A DNA stretch of 62,950 bases, the filler included, from Octopus bimaculoides (taxonomy: Eukaryota), in assembly GCF_001194135.2 (NCBI RefSeq). It is 6 parts of 6 records of this genome, joined end to end, with 100 filler letters (N's around TTAATTAATTAA, not from the genome) between each part and the next. Parts side by side here need not be neighbours in the genome. Positions count along the whole stretch, not along the records: positions 60,760 to 62,950 come from NW_026350002.1; 5 more parts are not named here. The stretch is one strand, 5' to 3'. Positions 62,880 to 62,950 of the stretch are shown piece by piece. The number at the start of each line of letters is the position of its first letter. Position 1 is the first letter of the stretch. Position numbers and translations under genes: made by a program. The notes under the pieces are model-generated. The model did not search any database. It was not told where the DNA came from and saw nothing but the letters and a program-made list of their open reading frames with translations.

Positions 62880-62950
62880 CGTGTCCCTCCGTCGGTTACT
62901 ACGACGAGGGTTCCAGTTGATCCGATCAATGGAACAGCTTGCTCGTGAAA
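62880..62950 (-). mobile_element. 3' tail of SINE family A or C, running off the window
   Basis: Reverse complement of TTTCACGAGCAGGCTGTTCC...GGAACCCTCGTCGT. Confidence 0.8.

Overview
Draft eukaryotic genomic DNA: AT-rich, full of microsatellites and SINE/LINE/DNA-transposon relics, with many N gaps. Five gaps contain an assembler token (TTAATTAATTAA). The repeat landscape looks like an octopod cephalopod; this is an inference. Most ORF-track entries are microsatellite or N artefacts. The one recognisable host gene is absent from the ORF track: the 5' end of a Nopp140/NOLC1-like LisH gene on the + strand. It has coding exons at 37896-37994 and 48755-48810 separated by a 10.8-kb intron, a probable non-coding first exon, and a CCAAT/E-box promoter. 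The most notable structure is a type I hammerhead-ribozyme fold at 30382-30483. It lies inside a 360-bp partially tandem monomer that is joined to an inverted, phase-shifted second copy (retrozyme-like or Penelope pLTR-like). A second, decayed minimal hammerhead lies in the Nopp140 intron. Also present: a CR1-like LINE with a 5' inversion and a ~345-bp duplication, RTE, R4/Dong-like and Penelope-like relics, mariner, pogo and piggyBac-type DNA elements, a long-TIR MITE, several tRNA-headed SINE families and a 30-bp minisatellite. Repeat boundaries are approximate and were read by eye.
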